DNA from: an uncultured delta proteobacterium
Lineage (GTDB): Bacteria; Myxococcota; Myxococcia; Myxococcales; Myxococcaceae
Direction: 5' to 3'
NCBI GenBank assembly: GCA_963776345.1
Contig: CAVZMH010000012.1
Span: 124,502-188,501 of the forward strand
Length of the DNA stretch: 64,000 nt
Within the stretch, counting starts at the first letter, position 1, and the number at the start of each line of letters is the position of its first letter. Below the pieces are notes generated by a model, which was not told the DNA's origin, searched no databases, and saw only the letters and a list, made by a program, of their open reading frames with translations. Shown one piece after another: positions 1 to 9,698 of the stretch. A program made the translations under genes and the position numbers.

Positions 1-196
1 TCTCGCGCCGGATTCCCAGGGTGTCCCCCTGCTGGGTCCGGAGGGTGCAGTAAGCCAGCGAGCGGATCGCCGGGGTGGCCGTTCCCGGGCTCGACGGCGT
101 CGGGGCACCCGCGCCCCGGGCGGCGGACTGGAAGATCACCGAGCCTGCGGCGGCGACCCCGGCGTTCCTCAGCAAGGTCCTGCGGGTGGTTTCCAT
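1..196 (-). CDS. 5' part of a protein with a Tat-like signal peptide (runs off the window start)
   Basis: My translation from ATG at 196: METTRRTLLRNAGVAAAGSVIFQSAARGAG...; GAGGAGGAG RBS upstream; RR motif followed by a hydrophobic segment. Confidence 0.6.
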   Translation of the reverse strand, partial: METTRRTLLRNAGVAAAGSVIFQSAARGAGAPTPSSPGTATPAIRSLAYCTLRTQQGDTLGIRRE

Positions 197-334
197 GGGA
201 ACTCCTCCTCGGAGGGAGCGAGAGGTTGCATGCGGCGGGGCGGGAGCGCCAGCGCCACGAGCCTGACGCCGCGCGCCAGTTGCCACTGGACGGCGGTGGC
301 CGGCCCCCGTCCAACCGTGTAGAGAGCACGCACC

Positions 335-1526
335 GTGGACGCCAACTTCCTCACCGACCTGGCCGCCCGGACGCGCGAGCTCCGTGAGCAGGGCCTCTAC
401 AAGAACGAGCGGATCCTCGTCTCTCCCCAGAACGCGTCCATCCGCGTGGAGGGGGGTGCGCGAGGTCCTCAACTTCTGCGCCAACAACTACCTCGGCCTC
501 GCCGACCACCCGAAGGTGGTGGAGACGGCCCGCAGCGCGCTGGAGAAGTACGGCTTCGGCATGGCCTCGGTGCGCTTCATCTGCGGCACCCAGGACCTCC
601 ACAAGACCCTCGAGGCACGGCTGAGCCGCTTCCTCGGGACCGAGGACACCATCCTCTACTCGAGCTGCTTCGACGCCAACGGCGGCCTGTTCGAGACGCT
701 GCTCGGCGAGGAGGACGCGGTCATCACCGACGCGCTGAACCACGCCTCGATCATCGACGGCATCCGGCTGTGCAAGGCGAAGCGGCTCCGGTACGCGAAC
801 AACGACATGGGCGAGCTGGAGGCCCGGCTCAAGGAGGCCTCGAGCGCCCGGTACCGGCTCATCGCCACCGACGGCGTGTTCTCGATGGACGGGATCATCG
901 CCAATCTCCGGGCCATCTGCGACCTGGCGGACCGGCATCGCGCGCTGGTGATGGTGGACGACTCGCACGCGGTCGGCTTCGTGGGCGCCCGGGGCCGCGG
1001 GACGCCCGAGTTCTGCGAGGTGATGGGCCGGGTGGACATCATCACCGGCACGCTGGGTAAGGCGCTGGGTGGCGCGTCGGGCGGCTACACCGCGGCGCGG
1101 AAAGAAGTCGTCGCCTGGCTGCGGCAGCGGAGCCGGCCGTACCTGTTCTCCAACTCGCTGATGCCGGCCATCTGCGCGGCCACGCTCACCGTCCTCGACC
1201 TGCTCGAGGGCGGCGACGAGCTGAGGAAGCAGCTCCGGGCCAACGCCGAACACTTCCGGAGCGAGATGACCAGGCTGGGCTTCAAGCTGGCCGGCGCGAA
1301 CCACCCCATCATCCCGGTGATGCTCGGGGACGCGAAGCTCGCCTCGACCTTCGCCGAGCAGATGCTGGCCGAGGGCGTGTACGTCGTCGGCTTCAGCTAC
1401 CCGGTGGTGCCGCAGGGCCAGGCGCGGATCCGGACGCAGATGTCCGCGGCGCACACCCGCGAGCAGCTCGACCGGGCGATCGCCGCCTTCGCCAAGGTGG
1501 GCCGCGCCCTGGGGGTGATCCGGTGA
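335..1526 (+). CDS. kbl: Glycine C-acetyltransferase (2-amino-3-ketobutyrate CoA ligase); one frameshift near 450-458
   Basis: [14 protein letters not shown] in the frame from 335 joins [47 protein letters not shown] in the frame ending at 1526; break at a G6 run. Confidence 0.92.
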
Positions 1527-2551
1527 GAGCGCTGGTGAAGGCCAAGGCCGAGCCCGGCATCTGGATGCAGGACGTGCCGGTGCCGGAGATCGGCCCGAAC
1601 GACGTGCTGATCAAGGTCCGCAAGGCGAGCATCTGCGGCACGGACATCCACATCTGGAACTGGGACCCGTGGTCGCAGAAGACCATCAAGGTCCCGATGG
1701 TCATCGGCCACGAGTTCATGGGCGAGGTGGCGAAGCTCGGGGCCGAGGTCACCGGGTTCCAGGTGGGGGACCGGGTGAGCGGCGAGGGGCACATCACCTG
1801 TGGCCACTGCCGGAACTGCCGCGCCGGCAAGCGGCACCTCTGCCGCAACACGCTGGGGCTGGGCGTGAACCGGCCGGGCTGCTTCGCCGAGTACCTGTCG
1901 CTGCCGGCGTTCAACGTCTTCCGGGTGCCCAAGGAGATCCCCGACGAGATCGCGTCGTTCTTCGATCCGCTGGGGAACGCGGTGCACACCGCGCTGTCGT
2001 TCGACCTGGTGGGCGAGGACGTGCTGATCACCGGCGCCGGGCCCATCGGGGTGATGGCGGCGGCAATCTCCCGGCACGTCGGCGCGCGGCACGTGGTGGT
2101 GACCGACGTGAACCCCTTCCGGCTGGAGCTGGCGCAGAAGATGGGCGCCACCCGCGCGGTGGACGTGCGGACCCAGACGCTCGGCGACGTGATGCGCGGG
2201 CTGGGGATGACCGAGGGCTTCGACGTCGGGATGGAGATGTCGGGGAACGGCCAGGCCTTCCGCGATCTCCTGGGGGTGATGAACCACGGCGGCCGGGTGG
2301 CGATCCTCGGCATTCCTCCCTCGGAGGTCTCGATCGACTGGAACCAGGTCATCTTCAAGGGCCTGATGCTGAAGGGCGTGTACGGCCGGGAGATGTTCGA
2401 GACCTGGTACAAGATGGTGGCGATGCTCCAGAGCGGCCTGGACGTCGCTCCGGTGGTGACTCACCGCTTTCCCGCGGTCCGGTACGCCGAGGCATTCGAG
2501 GCGATGCGCTCGGGCCAGAGCGGCAAGGTCGTCCTCGACTGGGCCGGTTGA
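1523..2551 (+). CDS. tdh: L-threonine 3-dehydrogenase
   Basis: [27 protein letters not shown] zinc motifs, GAGPIG; GTGA overlap with kbl. Confidence 0.95.
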   Translation: MRALVKAKAEPGIWMQDVPVPEIGPNDVLIKVRKASICGTDIHIWNWDPWSQKTIKVPMVIGHEFMGEVAKLGAEVTGFQVGDRVSGEGHITCGHCRNCRAGKRHLCRNTLGLGVNRPGCFAEYLSLPAFNVFRVPKEIPDEIASFFDPLGNAVHTALSFDLVGEDVLITGAGPIGVMAAAISRHVGARHVVVTDVNPFRLELAQKMGATRAVDVRTQTLGDVMRGLGMTEGFDVGMEMSGNGQAFRDLLGVMNHGGRVAILGIPPSEVSIDWNQVIFKGLMLKGVYGREMFETWYKMVAMLQSGLDVAPVVTHRFPAVRYAEAFEAMRSGQSGKVVLDWAG

Positions 2552-3486
2552 TGGCCGTGGGCGAGCGGGCGGCGCGACCGAGGCTGATCTTCTCCACCGC
2601 GGCGGATGCGGTGCTCGCCGGGCAGCTCTGCGCGCTGGGTGCGGGCACACCCGGGCAGATCGACCGGGAGACGTTCCCCGACGGCGAGCGGGGGCTCAGG
2701 CTGGCGAGCGCGGTGGCGGATGCGGACGCCATCCTGGTCGGTGGCACGGGATCGGACTCCGAGACGCTCGAGCTGTACGACCTGGCCTGCGCCCTGGTGG
2801 AGTGCGGCCTGCACGCGCTGACGCTGGTCGTGCCCTACTTCGGGTACTCGACGCAGGAGCGGCCGAGCAAGGACGGGGAGAGCGTCACCGCCAAGACGCG
2901 CGCCCGGCTCCTCTCGTCGATCCCGCTGCCGTCGGGGGGCATCCGGGTTCTGCTGGTGGACCTGCACACCGCCGGGCTGCCGTTCTACTTCGAGGGTGGG
3001 GCGCGGCCGGTGCACGTGAGTGCGCGGCCGCTCTTTGTCGAGGCGATCCGCGCCCACGCTCCGGGCGGCTGCGTGGTGGCGAGCACCGACGCCGGCCGGG
3101 CGAAGTACGTGGAGGCGCTGGCCAACGACCTCCGGGTTGACGCGAGCTTCGTGTTCAAGCGGCGGGACGGCGGAAACACGCGGGTCCTGGCGGTGAGCGC
3201 CCGGGTGGCCGGGCATCACGTGATGCTCTACGACGACATGGTCCGCACCGGCGGGTCGCTGATCGCCGCGGCGGAGGCGTACCGCGAGGCGGGGGCGAGC
3301 AAGATCACCGCGCTCGCCACGCACGGCGTGCTCCCGGGGGACGCCGTGGCCCGGCTCGAGGCGAGCGGGCTGTTCACCCGGCTCATCGTGACCGACACCC
3401 ACCCCCGGGCCCGCCAGCTCGCGGGCGGCTTCGTCGAGGTCCGCTCGGTGGTGCCGCTGCTGGCTGCGGCCCTCCAGGCCAAGTGA
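2551..3486 (+). CDS. Ribose-phosphate pyrophosphokinase-like protein
   Basis: ETFPDGE, VPYFGYSTQER, DLH, YDDMVRTGGSL, ATHGV motifs; TGATG coupling to tdh. Confidence 0.8.
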   Translation: MAVGERAARPRLIFSTAADAVLAGQLCALGAGTPGQIDRETFPDGERGLRLASAVADADAILVGGTGSDSETLELYDLACALVECGLHALTLVVPYFGYSTQERPSKDGESVTAKTRARLLSSIPLPSGGIRVLLVDLHTAGLPFYFEGGARPVHVSARPLFVEAIRAHAPGGCVVASTDAGRAKYVEALANDLRVDASFVFKRRDGGNTRVLAVSARVAGHHVMLYDDMVRTGGSLIAAAEAYREAGASKITALATHGVLPGDAVARLEASGLFTRLIVTDTHPRARQLAGGFVEVRSVVPLLAAALQAK

Positions 3487-3577
3487 CCTCGCGCTTGCAC
3501 GACCCGGGCCGACGAATCGCCTTCCGCATCACGTGGTTCGCCGACGAGTCGTCCCACGACGAGGCCACCACTTCGCT

Positions 3578-3846
3578 CACTACGAGGTCTCCACTACGAG
3601 GTGTCTGACACCTCGAATGAGACGGTGGGTCTCGAATGCCACCACTACGAGGTGTCCACTACGAGGTGTCTGACACCTCGAATGAGACGGTGGGTCTCGA
3701 ATGCTGGACCACGAGGGCGGCGATGGGACGCATTACGCGGTGTCCCATTACGAGGTGTCCATTACGAGGTGTCCATTACGAGGTGTCTGACACCTTCCCG
3801 AGGGACACCTTCCCGAGGACACCTTCCCGACGACACCTTCCCGAGG
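3578..3846. repeat. REP-like palindromic repeat locus 1
   Basis: Three GAGGTGTCTGACACCT cores; tandem CA(C/T)TACGAGGTGTC and GACACCTTCCCGAG units; 65-bp direct duplication. Confidence 0.9.
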
Positions 3847-3864
3847 GTCCGGAGTTCTCGCCGT

Positions 3865-4800
3865 TTAGGGCGCTCGGGGCGTGTAGAGGAAGCGTTCGGG
3901 GCGGGTGCCGCCGTCACCGAGGGCGATGACCACCCACGACTCGAGGCCCTCGGCCGTCCTCCGGTAGGTGAGCCCGTCGAAGTAGACAGCGGAGCGGGCA
4001 GCCCGGACGAGCGGGAACTCGACGGCGCGCTCGGGCGACTCCCATCCGCGCAGGTCGGGCGCGAAGTGCTTCAGGCGGAAGACCAGCGACCCACCCGCCT
4101 CGACCACGGTCATCAGCTCGTAGAAGCTCACCTGGCCCCCGCGCGTCCCCCGGTACACGCCGGCGAGGGAGCCTGCGGCGGGCAGGAGCCACGCCTCCTC
4201 GGAGACACCGCCCAGGCCCTGGCCTGTCCAGTCTCCCGAGAGCCAGGCGACGGCCGACACCCGCGCGGGGGGCGAGTCGGAGCCCGGGACGGCCTTGAGC
4301 ACTGGCGGGGTCTCCCGCACCGAGGGCGGCACGGAAGGTCTGCGCCGGACCACGTGCGAGAGGCGGACCTGCTCGGGGGGTTCGCCTGGGCGCTCGAACT
4401 CGAGGACGAAGCTCTGCCCCGAGCGCCGCACGCGGAACCCGTCGAATGCCACCTCCTCCTCGGAGATCCCGACCAGGCGTCGCGGCGGGGGAGACCCCTG
4501 GGACTCGCGCCCCGCCAGCTGCGCGTCGAGGCGCTTGAACCGGAGGACGAGCGAGCCGTCCTGCTCGGTGATGGTCGCGAGGGCGTACCCGAGCACACGG
4601 CCCTCGCGGATTCGCCGGAGGACTCCGGCCATCGTTCCTGCGGAGGGCGGAAGCCAGAACGCATCGACGTGGCCGGCGGGCCCGTCTCCCTGCCACTCGC
4701 CGGAGAGCCAGCGCAGGGGCTCGAGATCGCTCCGCGGCGGCGAGGCCAGCGCCGGAACGGCGAGCAGCATCAGGCAGAGCACGGGGACCCGCGACGTCAT
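3865..4800 (-). CDS. Secreted protein with two tandem DUF6265-like domains
   Basis: Signal peptide MTSRVPVLCLMLLAVPALA; two copies of (L/V)xWLSG(E/D)WxGxG...W.....G(T/S)(M/L)AGV...GSLV(L/F)RxK. Confidence 0.7.
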   Translation of the reverse strand: MTSRVPVLCLMLLAVPALASPPRSDLEPLRWLSGEWQGDGPAGHVDAFWLPPSAGTMAGVLRRIREGRVLGYALATITEQDGSLVLRFKRLDAQLAGRESQGSPPPRRLVGISEEEVAFDGFRVRRSGQSFVLEFERPGEPPEQVRLSHVVRRRPSVPPSVRETPPVLKAVPGSDSPPARVSAVAWLSGDWTGQGLGGVSEEAWLLPAAGSLAGVYRGTRGGQVSFYELMTVVEAGGSLVFRLKHFAPDLRGWESPERAVEFPLVRAARSAVYFDGLTYRRTAEGLESWVVIALGDGGTRPERFLYTPRAP

Positions 4801-5092
4801 CCACCACCTCCCGCGCAGACCGGCCGGCGGGGGTTCCCGGTGTGTCATCGATCGGGGCGATCCGCCACATCCGAGTGAGCGCCGGCCGGCCGCGCAGGGG
4901 CAGGTGGCAGCGAGGAGGCCACGATCGGGCCGATGGAGGGTTCGGCGGTCTTCACTGACGGTCCGTTCGCGACCCTCGGCCTGCTCCTCGTCATGCTCCA
5001 CGCCCGGGCTCGTGCAGCACTTTTGGAAACGAGCGCTCGAACAGGCGACGGTGCGCTGAACGACAGCCAGGCGGTTCAAGCTGTTCACACCC

Positions 5093-5758
5093 ATGACCCG
5101 CGTCAGGCATTGTGCGGGGACGGAGTGCACCCGGTGTCGAGCGAGGCTCGCGCCCAGGGCGAGGTCGTTGACGATCGACGAGGGACAGAAGCTGCGACTG
5201 GCACTCCGCCTGGCGGGAGTGACGCAAGCCAGGGCGGCGCAGGTGCTCGACGCGCGGCAGACGCAGCTCTCGGCCTGGATGGCGCGGGGCAGGGGCCCCG
5301 AGGATGCGGTGCAGCGCCTCGAGGCGGCGTTCGGCTTCCGGACCGACGCGCTGGTCGAGGCGTGTCCGCGGCGCAGGGGCAACGTGCTCTGCCACCGTTA
5401 CAAGGTACGCGGGGCACCGTACTGCGCTGCCTGCGCGATGCTCGTCCCGCCTCCGGCCGCGGTGGTGGTGCCGCTGGGCGGAGACAGGGAGCCACGCGAG
5501 CTCAGCTGCGTGAGCTGCGGCAAATCGGAGGCGGACCGGGCGCGGCTCCGGCAGGCGCGGATGCTGTCAGGCGGGAGCCGGATCCCGTTCGGGTCCGGCG
5601 CGGCAGGGGGCGCGGTCTACATCTGCACCCAGTGCCGCAACGCGCACCGACACCAGCTCCATCGCTGTCCGAACTGCGACGGGTGGATGCGGGCCGGGCG
5701 CGATCGCTGCCATCGATGCACCTTCCGGGCCGGCGGCGGTAACGCCGGGGCGGGGTAG
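5093..5758 (+). CDS. Hypothetical protein with an XRE-like HTH and multiple CxxC zinc-binding motifs
   Basis: LRLALRLAGVTQARAAQVLDARQTQLSAW (HTH-like); CTRC, CAAC, CVSC, CTQC, CPNC, CHRC. Confidence 0.6.
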   Translation: MTRVRHCAGTECTRCRARLAPRARSLTIDEGQKLRLALRLAGVTQARAAQVLDARQTQLSAWMARGRGPEDAVQRLEAAFGFRTDALVEACPRRRGNVLCHRYKVRGAPYCAACAMLVPPPAAVVVPLGGDREPRELSCVSCGKSEADRARLRQARMLSGGSRIPFGSGAAGGAVYICTQCRNAHRHQLHRCPNCDGWMRAGRDRCHRCTFRAGGGNAGAG

Positions 5759-5765
5759 GCGACCG

Positions 5766-5848
5766 CATGACGAGGTGTCCATTACGAGGTGTCTGACACC
5801 TCGTGGGGGACACCTCGTGGGGCCTCGGGGCCTCATGGGGCCTCAGGG
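5766..5848. repeat. REP-like palindromic repeat locus 2
   Basis: CATGACGAGGTGTC-CATTACGAGGTGTC-T-GACACCTCGTGGGG-GACACCTCGTGGGG, then degenerate units. Confidence 0.9.
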
Positions 5849-5855
5849 GAGGCAG

Positions 5856-6227
5856 TCAGGCGTTCCGAGGCGAGTGAAGGGCGACAGAGTTGCCCTCCGT
5901 GTCCCGGAAGACGGCGATGAAGCCCGGGTCGCCGATGTCGGTCCGGGGCATCAGCAGGGTGCCGCCGGCGGCCCGGAGCCGCTCGACGCAGGCGTCCAGC
6001 TTCCCGGCCGCGTCCAGGTAGATCAGCGTCCCTTCCGAGGAGGGCTTCCGGTGGCCGTCCTGGATGAGGGCGCCGCTGGCGTCGCTCTGCCCCGCCGGGA
6101 AGATGGCGTGGGGGACGCCTCCGAAGATCTCGCGCTTGAGTCGGACGCCGAGGACGGTCTCGTAGAACCGGACCGCCCGGTCCAGGTCCAGGGTGGGGAT
6201 CTCGAACCAGGTGAGTGCGTTGGCCAT
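5856..6227 (-). CDS. VOC/glyoxalase family protein
   Basis: NALTWFEIPTLDLDRAVRFYETVLG...GFIAVFRDTEGNSVALHS. Confidence 0.9.
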   Translation of the reverse strand: MANALTWFEIPTLDLDRAVRFYETVLGVRLKREIFGGVPHAIFPAGQSDASGALIQDGHRKPSSEGTLIYLDAAGKLDACVERLRAAGGTLLMPRTDIGDPGFIAVFRDTEGNSVALHSPRNA

Positions 6228-6323
6228 GACGTGCTCCGTTGCGGTGTGGCGGCCCCGCGGAAATCGCGAGTGCGGCCGGCAACATGGCTTGCCCCGTTGT
6301 CAGGTGTATGTCAGCTTTGAACG

Positions 6324-6956
6324 ATGCGCCGGCAGGCACGGCTGTTCGCACTGGCAGAGCACCTCCGGGCCCGGCGGACGGGGGTGACGGCCGCCGAGCT
6401 GGCCGAGCGCTTCGGAGTGACGCTCCGGACCATCTACCGGGACCTCGACGCGCTGCGCGAGGCGGAGCTCCCCCTGTCGGCCGAGCGAGGCCGAGGAGGC
6501 GGGTACGCGCTGGACCGTGCCTACTCCCTGCCGCCGGTGAACTTCACCGCCCGGGAGGCAGCGCTGCTCTCGGCCCTCGGCGACTGGGCGATCCGGGCCC
6601 GGCTGGTGCCGTTCACCCGGACGCTGCAGGGGAGCATCGACAAGGTACGCGGGGCGCTGGCCGCATCGGCCCAGCGGGAGCTGCTGGAGCTGATGCGCGA
6701 GCTGACCTTCGTGGGAATCCCGGCGCACCCAGCAGCCCCCGGTGTCCGCGAGGCGGTCGAGGACGCGTGGTTCGAGCGCCGGGTGACGCGGGTGCGGTAC
6801 CGGTCGTCGGAGGGAACGGTGAGCGAGCGGCGCGTCCGGGTGCGCGGGCTGACGATGGAGCGCTCGCTGACGATGGTCCACTGCGACGACCTGGATCGCG
6901 GCGAGCGCCGGACGCTGCGGCTCGACCGGGTGGAGCGGGCGACGCTCGAGGGCTGA
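6324..6956 (+). CDS. YafY-family HTH-WYL transcriptional regulator
   Basis: TAAELAERFGVTLRTIYRDLDAL..GRGGGYAL; C-terminal RTLRLDRV; divergent from the VOC gene. Confidence 0.88.
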   Translation: MRRQARLFALAEHLRARRTGVTAAELAERFGVTLRTIYRDLDALREAELPLSAERGRGGGYALDRAYSLPPVNFTAREAALLSALGDWAIRARLVPFTRTLQGSIDKVRGALAASAQRELLELMRELTFVGIPAHPAAPGVREAVEDAWFERRVTRVRYRSSEGTVSERRVRVRGLTMERSLTMVHCDDLDRGERRTLRLDRVERATLEG

Positions 6957-6957
6957 G

Positions 6958-7857
6958 TCAGCGCGCCGGAGGGTTGAAGGGCGACGGCTCGCCGCGGGCC
7001 CAGCGGAGCGGAATCGCGCCGTCGATCTGGATGACCCGGTTCACCGCGAACCGGAGCACGCGTTCGGCGCCGGGGATGGCAGCCGCGGACTCGGCGGACC
7101 AGTCGATCGAGAGCTTCCCCGAGAGCTGCAGTGTGGAGCCGGTCTTGCCGTCGAGGAACAGCAGACCCGCGGCCGGGTGAACGGCGGCATTTCCCAGCGA
7201 GTTGAAGAGGGCGTTCCCCGAGTAGTCACCCCAGATGAGCTCGCGTGGCCCGGTGACGCGAACGAAGCCTGGAGCACCGCCGCGGTGTGAGGCGTCGGCA
7301 CCGGCCTCGGGGTGAAGCGTGCCGAGGAAGAACGTCTCGGCACGTTGGATCCAGCGGCACTGGTGGTCATCGAGCTGGTCACTCGTGCGGGGGCTGCCCT
7401 GGAGCACCGCCCCGTCAGGGACCGGGCGGTACGCCTGGATGTACTTGGGACAGTTGCCGTACGCCTCGCGGACGTCGACGAGGAGCTCTGGTCCGACGGT
7501 CACGACCGTTCCGTTGACCCGGAACCGACGGCGGGCGGCGAAATCGATAGTGACGAGCCCGACGGACGCTCCCGGCCGCAGTGCCTCGGCGATGGGATCA
7601 TCGCTGCGGGGGGCCGCGGAGATACGCAGCCGGTGACCGTCCTCGGAGGGCTCGAGGAACCCGGGCGCACCCGCGAGAACGCTCACCCAGACATGGTCGT
7701 CGGCCGTTGCGGCGGTGAGGACCACGAAGCGACGCTCGGCGAGAAAGGCACTCGGCCCAGGGGAAATCGCGCGCCGGAGAATCTGACCCGTGCGCTGCGC
7801 GTCACTGAGGACTCCGGCGCGCTCCTGAACGAGCAGTTCGCCTTCGTGGAAGCTCAC
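6958..7857 (-). CDS. Pyridoxamine 5'-phosphate oxidase-like FMN-binding protein (two domains)
   Basis: FHEGELLVQERAGV, RRRFRVNG, EAYGNCPKYIQ, DASHRGGAPGFV, DYSGNALFNSLGN. Confidence 0.85.
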   Translation of the reverse strand: MSFHEGELLVQERAGVLSDAQRTGQILRRAISPGPSAFLAERRFVVLTAATADDHVWVSVLAGAPGFLEPSEDGHRLRISAAPRSDDPIAEALRPGASVGLVTIDFAARRRFRVNGTVVTVGPELLVDVREAYGNCPKYIQAYRPVPDGAVLQGSPRTSDQLDDHQCRWIQRAETFFLGTLHPEAGADASHRGGAPGFVRVTGPRELIWGDYSGNALFNSLGNAAVHPAAGLLFLDGKTGSTLQLSGKLSIDWSAESAAAIPGAERVLRFAVNRVIQIDGAIPLRWARGEPSPFNPPAR

Positions 7858-7914
7858 CGCCGGCTGCTACTCGTCCCAGCGGAGCCGTTCAAGACAATCG
7901 CCGTGATCGTCCGT

Positions 7915-9689
7915 TCAAGGGCACGACTGGATTGGTGTCGTGGGATTCCCGGTGTTCCGGACGTCGTGCTGGTACTTGGGCCACGGCGCGGTCTGCGTCG
8001 AGACCTGGGCTGTCGACGACCAACGAAAAAAGGCTCCCAGCCGTGCTGCCTAGATAGAGCACTCCCGCGGAGTTCTTGATGGCAACGCCGGCTTCCCGCG
8101 AGCAGTCGAGGGTCATCGAAGCGGAGATGTTCTCAGACAGCGGAGTCGACCATGCACTCACGCCACCCGACCGTGCCTCGAGCGCTCCACCATTCGTAGC
8201 GAGATAGAGAATTCCGCCCGCACCGAGAACGGGGACGCTCCGCGATGGCCCTCCGATTGCGGTCCCCGATCCGGAGAACGAGACCGAATCCAATGCCCAC
8301 ACTCTTGGTGAGGTGAGGTCAGTGTCCGAGAAGAAGACTTGGGCCACGCTCACTACTGGTCCCGAGGGATCAGTCTTGATTCCTCCGTCTGGCCCAAGCC
8401 GGCTGACCGCTCCCGTGCTTTTCCCGATTCTGCACAAACCGTCCGGTCGGACGGTCGCGAACAGATCAGTTCCAGAGATTGCGATGGGACCCAGCTCACC
8501 CTCACCAACGAGCGCCGTGCCGCTAGGCCATCCTGGATTCTTCACCCAGTTCCGGGAAGTCTCATCGAAGACAAACGAGCGAGTCGTGTTGTCCGCCGCT
8601 CCGATAAAGAGCCCCGACGCATCCCCGGCGATTGTCTCCATCTGGGTCTGCTGAACGGTGACAAACGCTTCGATACACGCTGAGTCAGTTGGCGTCTGAG
8701 CCTTAGGCCGGAGCGTGTACAGCCGGTTTGCTCCTGAGATGCCCACCGCAGACTCCAGCGGTCCGTTGTCAGAGATCGTCTGAACAAGAGCGAGACCGGC
8801 GAGGAAAGGGGCGCCCGTACTTGAGGCGCAGACTCCGGCATCTCCACCGTCGCTGAGCCTCAGTGCATACATCTTGGAGCCCACGCCAGCCGCTGTCGCC
8901 GCATATACCGTTGACGAGTCGGCTGAACCTGGCCCCACCGTGGGACTAGCTCGTATCGGCCCGAGCTCTACCGGCGCCCACTTCTCCACTCCCGCCGGCG
9001 TCAACGCGTACAGACTCCCGCTTCCCCCATCGCTCGTTCCGAACACGATCGTCCCATCGTCCGCGATCGCCGGCGTCGTGTAGATCGGCGCGCCCGCGGA
9101 GTACCTCCACTTCCACCGCGTCACGTTCACTCCGGCGTCGGCCTTCCCCAGGTTGTTGCTCAGGTCGGATCCCGGACGCCTCGATCGCAACCACGCCGCG
9201 GAAGGCCTCGAACGGCAAGACGGCCAGAGCGAGACCGTCGCCTCTCTGCAGAACGGATTCGACGCGTTCGGGTTGCCCGGCGCGCACGCCACCGAGCTGC
9301 AGCTCGAGGGTCGTCCCGGGATTGCCCGACACGCCGAACACGACCAGCTGCACCGACCCGGCGTCCACGTCGCGATCCGCCGAGGTCACGGTCACCACCA
9401 CGCTCTCGTCCCGCCGAAACGCGTCCACCCCACCGTCGGGTGAGCCCGGATCCAGCTCGGTCAGCTTCCCCGTGTTCTGCCGCGGGGGCGGCGGCGCGAT
9501 GACGATCGAGAACACCGGCGGCGTCTTGTCGTTCGGGTTGCTCCCCGAGACGCACGTCTTCGTCCCCGGGTCACACGTCCCGCCACTCACACAGTCCGCG
9601 TCCGAGCTGCACGACCGGGTCGGATCGAAGCAGGCCCCGACCAGCACCACCGCGGCGATCAGCCCCAGAGTCGAGATCGCAGTCCGCAT
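7915..9689 (-). CDS. Lipoprotein with an N-terminal Cys-rich motif and a C-terminal PQQ-like beta-propeller; about 4 frameshifts
   Basis: Lipobox LVGAC, CSSDADCVSGGTCDPGTKTC; WKWRY..TTPAIADDGTIVFG repeats; ends APWPKYQHDVRNTGN..SCP* after a frame change near 7990; other shifts at about 9170-9295. Confidence 0.7.
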
Positions 9690-9698
9690 CGTCGCTCC

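Noticed and set aside
449..458. Programmed frameshift or phase variation at the G run in kbl
   Set aside because: A short homopolymer in a sequence with many other indels; error is more parsimonious
1669..2550. Long N-terminal extensions and antisense ORFs in the track (e.g. 1669-3486, 28001-30265, 43030-46587, 48012-51137)
   Set aside because: High-GC shadow frames with Arg/Pro/Gly-rich, motif-free translations that overlap well-supported genes
3578..3846. CRISPR array interpretation of the repeat loci (also 16675-16848 and 35026-35291)
   Set aside because: Units are about 12-16 nt and abut without unique 25-45 nt spacers; no cas genes in the window
3601..4878. ORFs containing HYEVS/ITRCLTP/RCQTPR peptides (also near 5775, 17956, 24373, 31502, 41807, 47904)
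   Set aside because: These are translations of the DNA repeat in several frames and strands, not a protein family
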